A stretch of DNA of 63,994 nt, the filler included, from Rhizaria sp. SCN 62-66 (taxonomy: Eukaryota): assembly GCA_001724265.1 (NCBI GenBank). It is 3 parts of 3 records of this genome, joined end to end, with 100 filler letters (N's around TTAATTAATTAA, not from the genome) between each part and the next. Parts side by side here need not be neighbours in the genome. Positions count along the whole stretch, not along the records: positions 1 to 24,453 come from MEDY01000418.1; 2 more parts are not named here. The stretch is one strand, 5' to 3'. Under the pieces are notes generated by a model. The model ran no database searches. It saw only the letters and a program-made list of their open reading frames with translations, and was not told the origin of the DNA. Shown one piece after another: positions 10,726 to 21,280 of the stretch; positions within the stretch are counted from its first letter, which is position 1, and every line of letters starts with the position of its first letter. The translations under genes and the position numbers were made by a program.

Positions 10726-13700
10726 TTACTCGAGGGCGCGGTAGGGGCTCTCACTGTCGCTGCCGTTGCCGCTGTGGCTGTGCGCGTACGTCGGGCCGAA
10801 GTGTACCGACCGGGACTTGCCAGTCGCAGCCGCGCCGTGGCCGTTGCCGCTGCTGTTGCCGTAGCCGTTGCCGGACACAAGCGGCACCGACAGGCCCTGG
10901 GGCTGCTGCTGGGGCGGGGGCTGGCTGTGGTCGTAGCGCGGCGGCGCGTACACGCTGTGCGAGCGGTTGTTGCCGTGGCCGTTGCCGTAGTGGACGTTGA
11001 CAGGGACCGGCACGGCGACGGCGGCGGCGGGGACGGGGGCGGCGACGGGCTTCTGGCTGTAGCCGGGGGGCGGGTGCGCGCCGTAGTACGCACTGTTGCC
11101 GTTGCCGTTGCCGTTGCCGTTGTTACCGCCGTTGTTGATGTTGAGGTTGGCGGGCACGCTGTTGTGGTGAGGGTGGAGCTGGAAGTACTGGTTGCCCTGG
11201 GGGCCGTGGGCCGCGCCGGGCGCCGGGTGGCTGCCGTGGTGGGGCCCGGGGGGGCCGTGGGGGCGGCCGTCCTCGCTGTCGGACCACGATGAGGCCGAGG
11301 CGTGCGAGGCGGCGCGTGCGCGCGATGACGCCGTGCCCGCCACGGGGCCCGGGACCATCGCCGCCACGGGGGCGGGGGAGGCGGAGGCAGGGCCGCCGGG
11401 GGCGGCGAAGGGCGCGGGGCTGCTGTTGCCGCGGTTGAGCTGCAGGTGGGCCGGGATTGACGGGTACATAACAGGGCCGGCAGCAGCCGCGGCGGCGGCG
11501 TTGTAGGGCTGGTACTGCTGGTACTGCTGGTACTCCTGTTGCTGCTGGTAGGGGTTGTACTGCTGCTGCTGCTGCTGCTGCTGGAACTGGACGGCGGCGG
11601 CGGCGGCGGCGCTCGAGGGCACGAGTACGTACACGGCGGGGGCGTCGGGGGCCGCGCCGGGCGGCGGCGGCACCTGCTGCAGCAAGTAGACGCCGCTGCC
11701 GTCGCCGCCGGGCAGCACCGTCGCGCGCACCGTCGCGCCGCCGGCAGCGCTCGCGACGCCCTCGACGGCGCCGCCGTTGTTGTTGGCGTTGGCGTTGGCG
11801 TTGGGGACGAAGATGTCGACGGTCATGCCGCCGAGGGCGCCGATGCCGACGCCAGCGCTGCCGACGCTGCCGGCACCGCGGCCGCCGAAGCTGACGCTGC
11901 CGTTGTGCGCGACGAGCACGCCGTTGCTCAGCGCCAGCGTCGCGGGGGCGGCGGCGGCGGCGGGGGCGGGCGGGGCCTTGTAGGGCCGGTAGATGCGGTA
12001 GACCGCCCAGGCCGAGAGCAGCGCAGTGGCCAGCGCGGCGACGGCGGCGACGACGGCGACCCACCAGCCGAGCGGCGCCCAGACGTGCGTCACGCGGCGC
12101 TCGGCCGCCACGCCGCCGGTCACGGCCGCCGCGCCGAACAGAGTCGACGGGACGGGGGCGGGGGACTGGGGCTGCGGGGGGTGGGTGAGAGCGACGAGCT
12201 TGCGCTGACTGGCAGAGCGCTGACTGGCGGGGCGGCCGTCGCCGCGGCCACGGCCACCGCTGCGGCCACGACCACCGCGGCTGCGCTTCTTGCTGCTGGC
12301 ACTGCCGCTGCCGCTGCTGGTGCCGCTGGAGGAGCCGGACGCGGAGCCCTCCTCGTCCCAGACGCGGAGCGGCGCGGCGGTGATGACGCGCTCGGTCGAG
12401 CCCAGCAGGCTGAAGCACGGCGACGCCGTCAGCGCGCGCCGCCACAGCTCCTCGACCACGGTCGCGCCCGCGTCGGCGTCGGCGTCGCGGGCGGAGGTCA
12501 GGGCGCCGTTGCCGCGGCGGGGGCCGTTGTGGGGGGCAGAGGCAGAGGCGGAGGCAGGGGAGGCGACAGACGACTCGGAGTCGGACTCGGGCTCAGGCTT
12601 GGGGGGTGCAGCGTCGGAGTCGGCGTCCTTGTTCTCATCGCCGTGACGGCGACCGCGACGGCCACCACGACCGTGACGGCGACCGCGGCCATGGCGGTGA
12701 CCGCGGCCGCGAAGGCCATGGCGGCGGCCACCGTGACGGGGGCCGAAGCCGAAGCCGCTGCGGCGGGGGCCGACGAAGCCGTGGCCGTGGCCGCCGCGCG
12801 CAGCGAGGGCGTCGGTGGCGGCGGGGGCGACGTCGACGCGGCGCAGGCCGTGGCCGAAGTGGTCCATGTCGCGGTGGCCGCCGTGGCGGGGGCCGACAGA
12901 GTCGCGACTGCGACTCAGGGAGCGGCCGCGGTGGCCGTGGGGGCGGTGGCCGTGGACGCGGTGGCCGTGGCCATGGCCGTGGGGGCCGTGACGGCGACCA
13001 TGGCCGTGGCCGTGACGGTGGGGGTCAGAGGCAGAGTCGGAGCCGATAGACAGCTCGCGAGGGCCGCGGGGGCCGCCGCGGGAGCCGTGGCCGTGGCCGT
13101 GACCGTGGCCGTGGGGGCCATGACGGCGCCCGCCGCGGCGGTGGCGGTGGCGGTGGCCGTGCTCCGGCTCAGCGTCAGCGCCAGCCTCAGCGACGGGGGC
13201 CTTGTCGGCAGCGTCGGCACTCGGGGTCGGGGTGGCGCTGTCAGCGGAAGCGCTGTCAGCGGAAGCCTGCTTGTCCTCAGTCTTAGCCGCAGTGTCGGGC
13301 TTGGGGTCAGTCTCAACCTCGTCGTCATCGTCGTCGTGGTGGCGGTGGTGGCGGCGGTGACCGTGACCGTGCCCATGAGGGCCGTGGTGGCCGTGGCGGT
13401 GACCGTGGTGGTGACCGAGAGCAGCAGGACCGTGACGGTGACCGTGGCCGTGGCCGTGGCCGTGGCCGTGACGGTGACGGTGACGGTGACCGTGGCGGCG
13501 GCGGTGGTGCTCAGTGACAGCGTCATCGTCATCATAATCCTCGTCGTCCTCGTCCTCGTCGTCGTCGTCAGCCTCAGCCTCGTCGTCCTTAAACTGAGTC
13601 ACGGTCACGGTCTCCGCGGACTCAGTGGCAGCAGCCTCAGTGGCCGTGGCGGGCGACTGGGGCGGCTTGGCGAAGGAGAAGATGACCGGCGCGGCGCCCG

Positions 13701-16700
13701 AGGCGGTGGCAGGAGCGCCGTTCGCAGCAGCACCGGCCTTGATGGCGCCGGTCTCGGTCGAGACGCGCGTGGGCACAGCGACTGCCGCAACCGGGGCAGC
13801 AGCAGACTCAGTCGACTCAGTAGCGGCGATGACGGGAGCGGCCGCAGACTCGGAGGCAGCAGTGGCGGCGGTGGCAGAGGCGGCGGTGGCGGGGGTCTGG
13901 GGCGCCTGCTCGCGCTGGCGCCGCTGGAGCGCGAGCTCGACGTTCTTCGAGTACTGGGCGCGCTTGGAGTGCTTGGAGCCATGGCGGCCACCGCGACGGC
14001 CACCACGGCGGCCATGGCGACGGCCGTGGCGGCGGCGGCGGGGCTCCTCGGCCTCAGTCGCCTCAGTCTTCGTCGCAGTCTCCGCAGCAGTGGAGTCAGC
14101 AACAACAGCGGCGGCGAACTCGGCGGACTCGGTGCTCACAGCCTTCGACTCGGGCTCAGTGTCGGGCTCAGCCTCGTCAGCATCGTCCTCGTCATCGTGG
14201 TGGTGGCGGTGGTGGCGGTGACGGCGACCGTGGTGACCGTGACCATGACGGTGGCCATGGTGGTGGCGGTGGCGGTGGCCCTCGTCCTCACCGTCAGCAG
14301 CACGCAGACCGTGACGGTGGCCGTGGCCGTGGCCGTGGCCGTGACGGTGGCCGTGGCGGCGGGCCGGAGCAGCGTCGGCGTCAGCGTCAGCGTCGGTCTC
14401 AGTCTTCGCGTCCTCGTCCTTGCGGATGGTTGCGACGCCGTCGACAGCGCTGGCAGCGGCGGCGCCAGTGGCGGGCACGGCGGAGACGAATTGCACCTTG
14501 GCCTCACCAGAATCAGCAGACGCAGGCTCAGGCTTATACTCCGGCTCGAAATCATCGGCCTCGGCCTCATCCTCTTCGTGGTGATGGCGGTGGTGGCGAG
14601 AAGGGCGACCGTGGGGTCCGCGACCGTGGCCGTGGCCGTGGCGGTGACCGTGAGGGCCGTGGCCGTGGCCGTGGGAGGGAGCCTCGTCGTCGTAGTCGTT
14701 GACATCGGAGGCCTCAACATCGCTGTCGCTGGCACTGGCGCGGCGCATGCCGTAGCCGTGGCGAGGGCCGCGGGGGCCGTGGACGTGGCCGTCGCGGTCG
14801 TCGCTGCCGCCCAGGGACAGCACATGCACGGCGTTGCTGCCGCCGGCGCCGGTGTCGGAGCTCTCGCTGGCGAACAGGTCGAGCAGACTGCTGCGGCTGC
14901 CGGCGAGCACGCTGCTGCTGCTGTCGACGGAGCCCATGGTGCAGACAGAGCTGAAGGGGTCGGCGCGGCGGTACGCCTTGCGGAGCGCGCGCGCGTGGCG
15001 ACTGGCCCAGTAGCCCGCGGCCGAGGTCGCCAACGCGAAGGCGGCGACGGAGAAGACGAGCAGCGCGAGCGACAGGCGTACGCGGCGCCGCGTCTCGAGC
15101 GGCGTTTCGGGCGCCAGAGGCCCGCCGGGGCCGTAGCTGTGCGCGTAGCACGCCACTGCCCCCGCGGAGGCCGAGGCGGGGACGACGGCGCGGCTGGCGT
15201 CGCCGCTGCTGTTGTTGTTGCGCGAGAGGGCGTTGATGTCAGACTCGTCGCCGTCGACACCACCGGCGGCGTCGTTGGCGTTGGGGTTGGCGTTGTTGAC
15301 GCTGCCGACCGCAGACACGCGCATGACGTTCACGTTGTTGTGCGCGGCGGCGTTGGCCGCAGCGGCGGCGGCGTCGGCGGCTGGGGCGGCCTTGGGCGCG
15401 CAGAGCAGCGCGGCGGCCAGCAGCGCGGCGGCGGCGAGCACGGTGGCGACGACGGCGAGCGCGAGCGTCGTGTCGTAGACCCGGGCGAGGCGGTTGCAGC
15501 GGAGGCCCAGCACGGAGCACTCGCCGGCGTCGTCTTCGTCGTTGGGCCCCCAGGGCCGCGAGCCCTCGCCCACGGGGCAGCTGAGGTCGATCGACGAGGC
15601 CGCGTAGGGCGCGGGGCGCGTGCAGTAGAGCGTCTTCCAGGAGCGCAGCGTGACGCGCGCGACGATGTGCGCCGAGGTGGGCTCGTGCGCGTCGGCCTCC
15701 TCCTCGGCGCGCACGCCGTCGCTTGACTCGTCCTCGCCGGACTGCGTCCAGCTCGACGCCAGCGGGGCCACGGGGGCCGCGGCGTCAGCGGTGACGTTGC
15801 CAGAGGGCTCGGAGGCGTCGGCGTTGGCGTTGCTGCCGGACTCGTAGTCGTCGTACTGGTGGTGGCGGCGGCCGTAGCCGTAGCCGTGGCGTGCGTAGCC
15901 GCGGCCGCGGCCGTGGCGGCGGCCGTGGCGGCGGCGGCGGTGCCCATGCTCACGCCCATGCTCACGATCCAACTCACTGGCGTCGTCGCTGGCACTGGCG
16001 CTGGCGCTGGCGTCGGCGTCGGTGGTGTTGACGGCGTCCGTCTCGGCGTCGTCGTGCTCAGGGTGAGGACGGCGGCCGTGGCGGCGGCCGTGGCGGCGGC
16101 CACCGTGATGCGGGTGGCCGGGGGGGCCGCGGCGCTTGTGGTCAGACTCGGACTCGGGCTCAGGCATGCCGTCGCTGTCAGAGGCAGCAGCAGAGGCATC
16201 CTTGGTCTCAGTCTCGGTGTTCACAGGGGTCTCAGGCTTATCGGACTCGTCCTCGCCCTTGCGAGGCGGGGGGCCGCGGCGGTCACCGCGGCCGGGGGGA
16301 CCACGGCCGGGGCCGCCACGGCGGGGAGGAGGGCCGCGGCGGTCGCCGGCCTCAGGCGACTCCTCAGTCGCAGCATTCTCGGACTGGGCCTCAGACTCGC
16401 CACGGCCACGGCCATGGCCACGGCTACGGCCGGGGGGGCCGCGGCCGTGCTCAGCGTCAACGTTGTCACCGTTGGCCTCAGTCTTGGAGTCAGACGACTC
16501 GTCCTCAGAGTCACGGCGGGGGCCACGAGCGCCGCCACGGCGGCCACGAGGGCCATGAGAGCCGCGGGGGCCGTATGAGCCGTGGGGGCCGCCGCGACGA
16601 CTGCCACCGGACTCGGCGGCGCCGGAGAAGCGGGAGGAAAAGCGCGAGGTGAGGGAAAACACCGAGGCCGTGAGCGAGGACGACAGCGACGAGAGGAACG

Positions 16701-17238
16701 ACTTGTGCTCGGCAACTTGCGCGCCAGAGCCAGAGCCAGAGTCGGAGTCGCCGTCACCGGAGTGGGAGCCTGAGCCGGCGTCGCCGCCGCGGAGGGCGTT
16801 GTAGACCGCGGCGCGGGGGGAGCGGTCCATGGCATCGCTGCCATGGCGGGGGCCACCGCGGCCGTGACGGCCGGGCGGACCGGGCGGACCGGGCGGACCA
16901 GGGGGGCCGGGGGGGTCGCGGGGGGTGCCGTCGTTGGAGGCTGAGTCAGAGGCAGACTGGGGGGGCTTGTCGGCGTTGCTGTCGTCGATGATCGAGAGAA
17001 GCGCAACGGTGCCATCGGCGTTATTGTTGTTGCTGTTAAGCAGGCTGTCGGCGTGCTGCTGGTACTGCTCGAAGGTCAGCGAGGCCGTGCTGAGGTCGTC
17101 GAGCGGGAACGACACGAGGTGCATCTCGAGGTACCAGGGCACGAGCAGCGAGACGAAGAGCGCGAGCACCGTGACGGCGGCCAGCGCAAACGTGCACCCG
17201 CCCAGCGGGGTCACGTACCGGGACCCGCACTTGCACAT
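10726..17238 (-). CDS. Giant four-TM (claudin/amastin-like topology) membrane protein with His/Gly/Arg/Asp-rich loops, ~2170 aa, single exon
   Basis: Likely start MCKCGSRY at 17238. Four hydrophobic segments (~17135-17195 ending PWY, ~15400-15475, ~15010-15075, ~12000-12070 preceded by SPCFSLLGS and VWAPLGW), Cys-containing loops and a Pro/Gln/Tyr tail. Ends in TAA. Confidence 0.6.
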   Translation of the reverse strand: MCKCGSRYVTPLGGCTFALAAVTVLALFVSLLVPWYLEMHLVSFPLDDLSTASLTFEQYQQHADSLLNSNNNNADGTVALLSIIDDSNADKPPQSASDSASNDGTPRDPPGPPGPPGPPGPPGRHGRGGPRHGSDAMDRSPRAAVYNALRGGDAGSGSHSGDGDSDSGSGSGAQVAEHKSFLSSLSSSLTASVFSLTSRFSSRFSGAAESGGSRRGGPHGSYGPRGSHGPRGRRGGARGPRRDSEDESSDSKTEANGDNVDAEHGRGPPGRSRGHGRGRGESEAQSENAATEESPEAGDRRGPPPRRGGPGRGPPGRGDRRGPPPRKGEDESDKPETPVNTETETKDASAAASDSDGMPEPESESDHKRRGPPGHPHHGGRRHGRRHGRRPHPEHDDAETDAVNTTDADASASASASDDASELDREHGREHGHRRRRHGRRHGRGRGYARHGYGYGRRHHQYDDYESGSNANADASEPSGNVTADAAAPVAPLASSWTQSGEDESSDGVRAEEEADAHEPTSAHIVARVTLRSWKTLYCTRPAPYAASSIDLSCPVGEGSRPWGPNDEDDAGECSVLGLRCNRLARVYDTTLALAVVATVLAAAALLAAALLCAPKAAPAADAAAAAANAAAHNNVNVMRVSAVGSVNNANPNANDAAGGVDGDESDINALSRNNNSSGDASRAVVPASASAGAVACYAHSYGPGGPLAPETPLETRRRVRLSLALLVFSVAAFALATSAAGYWASRHARALRKAYRRADPFSSVCTMGSVDSSSSVLAGSRSSLLDLFASESSDTGAGGSNAVHVLSLGGSDDRDGHVHGPRGPRHGYGMRRASASDSDVEASDVNDYDDEAPSHGHGHGPHGHRHGHGHGRGPHGRPSRHHRHHHEEDEAEADDFEPEYKPEPASADSGEAKVQFVSAVPATGAAAASAVDGVATIRKDEDAKTETDADADADAAPARRHGHRHGHGHGHGHRHGLRAADGEDEGHRHRHHHGHRHGHGHHGRRHRHHRHHHDDEDDADEAEPDTEPESKAVSTESAEFAAAVVADSTAAETATKTEATEAEEPRRRRHGRRHGRRGGRRGGRHGSKHSKRAQYSKNVELALQRRQREQAPQTPATAASATAATAASESAAAPVIAATESTESAAAPVAAVAVPTRVSTETGAIKAGAAANGAPATASGAAPVIFSFAKPPQSPATATEAAATESAETVTVTQFKDDEAEADDDDEDEDDEDYDDDDAVTEHHRRRHGHRHRHRHGHGHGHGHGHRHGPAALGHHHGHRHGHHGPHGHGHGHRRHHRHHDDDDDEVETDPKPDTAAKTEDKQASADSASADSATPTPSADAADKAPVAEAGADAEPEHGHRHRHRRGGRRHGPHGHGHGHGHGSRGGPRGPRELSIGSDSASDPHRHGHGHGRRHGPHGHGHGHRVHGHRPHGHRGRSLSRSRDSVGPRHGGHRDMDHFGHGLRRVDVAPAATDALAARGGHGHGFVGPRRSGFGFGPRHGGRRHGLRGRGHRHGRGRRHGRGGRRGRRHGDENKDADSDAAPPKPEPESDSESSVASPASASASAPHNGPRRGNGALTSARDADADAGATVVEELWRRALTASPCFSLLGSTERVITAAPLRVWDEEGSASGSSSGTSSGSGSASSKKRSRGGRGRSGGRGRGDGRPASQRSASQRKLVALTHPPQPQSPAPVPSTLFGAAAVTGGVAAERRVTHVWAPLGWWVAVVAAVAALATALLSAWAVYRIYRPYKAPPAPAAAAAPATLALSNGVLVAHNGSVSFGGRGAGSVGSAGVGIGALGGMTVDIFVPNANANANNNGGAVEGVASAAGGATVRATVLPGGDGSGVYLLQQVPPPPGAAPDAPAVYVLVPSSAAAAAAVQFQQQQQQQQYNPYQQQQEYQQYQQYQPYNAAAAAAAGPVMYPSIPAHLQLNRGNSSPAPFAAPGGPASASPAPVAAMVPGPVAGTASSRARAASHASASSWSDSEDGRPHGPPGPHHGSHPAPGAAHGPQGNQYFQLHPHHNSVPANLNINNGGNNGNGNGNGNSAYYGAHPPPGYSQKPVAAPVPAAAVAVPVPVNVHYGNGHGNNRSHSVYAPPRYDHSQPPPQQQPQGLSVPLVSGNGYGNSSGNGHGAAATGKSRSVHFGPTYAHSHSGNGSDSESPYRALE

Positions 17239-17912
17239 GGTGGCTGAGAAGCGGGGAGAGCTGGACGCGGTTTCGCTGTGCGAGTTGCTGTGTCGCGGGG
17301 TGACGAGCTGGGGTCTGAGCTTTGTTGCTCGGGTAGCTGTGGACGTCCGGTTGTCCGGGAGACGGAGAAGAAAAGAAAAACGACCGCGGGTCTGGAGACG
17401 GCGGCTGCAGAGAGAAGCAGCGAGAAAAGGGAACGCGTAAGGCACACAGGGGGAAAGAAAGCAGAGGAGCAAAGGCCGAGTGAGACGAAGCATGGAGACT
17501 CGAAATGCGGAGCATAGGTGCGTGAAATGGCAATGTGGGCTTATGTCGAAGATAATATTGAGTGTGGTAATGCTGCAACACGAAATGAATAACGGAGGTA
17601 GTCTGATTAAGGCCTTGTTTGTCCGGCTTAGAGGGAGCAGGGAAGGGAATAAATGCCAAGGGGCTGAGCAAGCTCCTGCGAAAAGTCCATATAGACGCGC
17701 TGAAGTCTTTATGCACGAAACTGTTACTCTACTAGAAAACGCAAAAGAACAGTTTATCTAAGAGCAATAACGCATCACCCGGAATTACGGTCACATAGCC
17801 ACGGTTTCAGTCATTCTAGTCCAACCTCAAGTTCCTTTCAAGCGACGACCACAAAACATCCGACCAGCGACGCTAGCAAGCTAGCCTGGTGGTTCTCAAA
17901 AAAGCACCGATA

Positions 17913-17944
17913 GATCGATCGATCGATCGATCGATCGATCGATC
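17913..17944. repeat. (GATC)8 palindromic microsatellite between divergent genes
   Basis: Read directly; followed by degenerate GACC GACC units. Confidence 0.95.
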
Positions 17945-18220
17945 GACCGACCGATGATGAGTCCGAGTATGAAAATGTCATTGCGAGATTTCTGGTGTAC
18001 AAACCGTCAGGAAAGACATAACAATGATTTTGGAGTCAAAACAGTCTTGGTTTATGATATATTTTGTTTAGTTTTATCTGCGGTGCCTGTAATCGCCCTC
18101 AAGTCACGCCCATTCTCCGCCTTTGTGCTCCCTGCTCGCACTTTCTGACCCACTCCTTTCCGTCCTCCTTACCTTCTCGATCTCTTCCTTCCGCGCCCCG
18201 TTTAGACTTGCGAGCGAGCC

Positions 18221-20616
18221 ATGCGTGTGTCTCCCTTCGCCTCGGCGCTGAGCCGCCGCGCTGCCGCCGCAGCCAAGCCCCTTTTGTCGGCCCCCCGCAC
18301 CGCTCTCCCCGTCACCACGCCCGTGCGCCTGCTGTCCTCCGCCCCCGCCGACGCCTTCGTGCCCGGCTCCGGCGCCCCCGCCTGCGCCGCGCCTGCGCCC
18401 GACGCGCAGGAGGGCGGCGCGCTGCTGCGATCGCGCGGCACTCTTCTCAATGGCCGCCCCATGTACCTCGATGCCGCCGCCACCACCCCCGTCGACCCCC
18501 GGTACGTCCATCTCTCACCAATCAATCCTTTACGCTAAATATTGTCTTAATCTCCCACTGTTCGAGATATTACTTAATTTAACCATGCTTGATGGCATAA
18601 TGGCTTTTGTATTTCTGTTTCATTCCAACAAATGGATGTATACCCGATTTCATACCTGATATTGTACCTCTATCGTACTTTCGCTCCCGTTTGCATTTTC
18701 CTCATTATATCTCCGATTTCTCCCTATTTTCGCATCACTTTGCATCACCTCGCCTTATTTTTATCTTTTCTTGACATGGATATGTTGTTTTTGCTATGAT
18801 TTCCTTCCCGCGCAGCGTGCTGGACGCGATGCTGCCGCTGATGACGCAGCAGTTCGGCAACCCGCACTCGACTACGCACTCGTTCGGCTGGGAGGCCGAT
18901 GACGCCGTTGAGCACGCGCGCGCGCAGGTACGCCGCACTCGCGACTAAGTGTTTCACTTGCTCCACGTCTTATGCGCTCTCTCTCAGCTCTGTAGTCGCC
19001 CTATATTTTCCTTCGGTCTCACTCAATATCTCTCACTCATCATCACTCTGCTGTGTTTGTATGCTTTCTTTGTTCTGTCCTCTAGGTCGCCTCGCTGATC
19101 AACGCGAGCCCGGCCGAGATTGTCTTCACATCGGGCGCGACCGAGAGCAACAACGCGGTGATCAAGGGCGCCATGCGCTTCCTCTCCCCGAAAAAGCGCC
19201 ACGTCATCACGGTGCAGACGGAGCACAAGTGCGTGCTCGACTCGTGCCGCGCGCTGCAGCAGGAGGGCTTCGAGGTCACCTACCTGCCCGTCAACTCCGT
19301 CGGGCTGATCGACCTGGCACAGCTCGAGGCCGCGATCCGTCCCGACACCGGGCTGGTCTCGGTCATGGCCGTCAACAACGAGATCGGCACCATCCAGCCG
19401 CTCAAGGCCATCGGTGAGATCTGCGCAAAGAAGGGCGTCAAGTTCCACACTGACGCCGCGCAGGTACGAACAATTTGCGATGCATTGCAATATTTCTCTA
19501 TTTTGCGATACTGTGTCACGTTTTCGCTTGATATATCACGACTGTCACTCACACCAAAGATTTTTGTTTTTTTGGTTTTTCTATCCTCTTGTTCTTCTCC
19601 TCTAGGCTGTCGGCAAGATTCCCATCGATGTGGCCGCGCTGGGCTGCGACGCGCTGTCTCTGTCGTCGCACAAGCTCTACGGGCCCAAGGGCGTCGGCGC
19701 CATGTACGTGCGCCGCCGCCCGCGTCTGCGCCTCGAGCCCATCATCTCCGGCGGCGGCCAGGTACGCCCACGTTAAATCACAATATCTTGTGGATATACG
19801 CTCTGAGTGACTATTTAGCATTAGATTTATGTTCACATGCATTTTTATCCATTAATTAAGTAAATTTCACATCTAACCACTCTTATCTTTCCCTATCTCT
19901 TTCCCTATCTGACCACAGGAACGCGGCATGCGCAGCGGCACGCTCGCTGCGCCGCTGATCGCGGGCCTGGGCGCGGCGGCCGAGATCGCGCAGCGCGACA
20001 TGGCCTTCGACGCCGCGCACATCTCGCGCCTCTCGCACCGCCTCGTGGCGGGCCTTCGCAGCCGTCTCCAGCACATCGTCATGAATGGGCCCGAGCTCGA
20101 ATCCGGCGACAGGTCCGTCCAACAGTCTATATTCGCAAAACGAGAACAAAGATGTCACATTCATGAGAGAGAGGTGATCAAATTTTTTTAATGTATAATG
20201 TCTACTTTTGTATCGTTATTTTATACTTTGTTTTATAGTAACTTTATATCTCACTTTTATTATATATTCTCTATATGTCTTGATGCCACAGGTACCTGGG
20301 CAACGTCAACATGTCGTTCGCGTACGTCGAGGGCGAGTCCCTGCTGATGGGGCTGAAGCAGGTCGCTGTGTCCTCCGGCTCCGCGTGCACGTCGGCCTCG
20401 CTGGAGCCGTCGTACGTGCTGCGCGCGCTGGGCGTCGAGGACGACATGGCGCACACGTCGATCCGCTTCGGCATCGGCCGCTTCACGACGGAGCGCGAGG
20501 TGGACCTGGCCGTCGCTATGACGGCCGCGCAGGTCGAGCGTCTCCGCGAGCTCTCGCCGCTCTGGGAGATGGTCCAGGAGGGCATCGACCCCGCCACCAT
20601 CCAGTGGGCCCACTAA
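18221..20616 (+). CDS. NFS1: Mitochondrial cysteine desulfurase, ~481 aa; exons 18221-18501, 18816-18927, 19086-19463, 19606-19761, 19919-20112, 20292-20616
   Basis: [56 protein letters not shown]. Arg/Ser/Ala-rich presequence. All five introns are GT-AG and in phase. Ends in TAA. Confidence 0.97.
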
Positions 20617-21280
20617 GTGCACCGCTAAGTGCGCCGCTGAGTAAGTTTCCCAGCTGCTATGCTATGGGGGACACTTGAGTGAGTGCATCTCCAACTCGGG
20701 AGAAAACGAGAAAACTCAAACGATTTTTTTTATTTTGATGTTTTTTAGTGATCATATGAGAGCTTGCTTTTACTTTTTAGCTTTCACGTTTGTTGTTTGT
20801 TTGATTACAACAACACAACACAGGCTCTCTCTAATTATATGAGCTGTCGATGCGACAATAACGCAATGTGATGCACAGTTGTGTGTACTAGTAGTACGGC
20901 TGTACGCGTGTGCTGGTGATGATGACGACGATGATGACTGATGCGAGTGTTTGAGCTCGTTTCGTTCGTTCGTTTGTGTGTAAGTGTAATTGTGTGAACC
21001 TTTCTTTTCTACGTGAAAAGTAAGATGTGAATCTGAAAGCTTTGTTACTGTCAAGCTGTGATAATAGTAATACTTAGTTTTAAAATAATACACATAATAA
21101 TCGTATACATTCGCAATACCGTAGCTTTGTGTGACTTGTTTTGAGTTAAAAGTCCATGTGTGTATTGTGAGATTTAGTCAGAGTGTTAAAGTCATGCATG
21201 TTTTGCAATCGATACATTGCAATCAAATAAAGGCTTGAGATGTGCCCACAGCCATTAAGTTGCTATTTTTGAGTGATGGC

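Noticed and set aside
11539-15726. 1395-aa plus-strand ORF and the many other overlapping ORFs in the GC-rich genes
   Set aside because: Antisense or alternate-frame shadows of GC-rich repetitive coding sequence; Val/Ala/Arg-rich with no motifs.
17239-17493. N-terminal extension of the 2255-aa ORF
   Set aside because: Pyrimidine-rich, UTR-like sequence. ATG 17238 directly precedes TM1 and is the more plausible start.
17950-17976. Hammerhead-like TGATGAGTCC...GAAA
   Set aside because: The core lacks the C of CUGAUGA, and stem II and the flanking stems do not pair convincingly.
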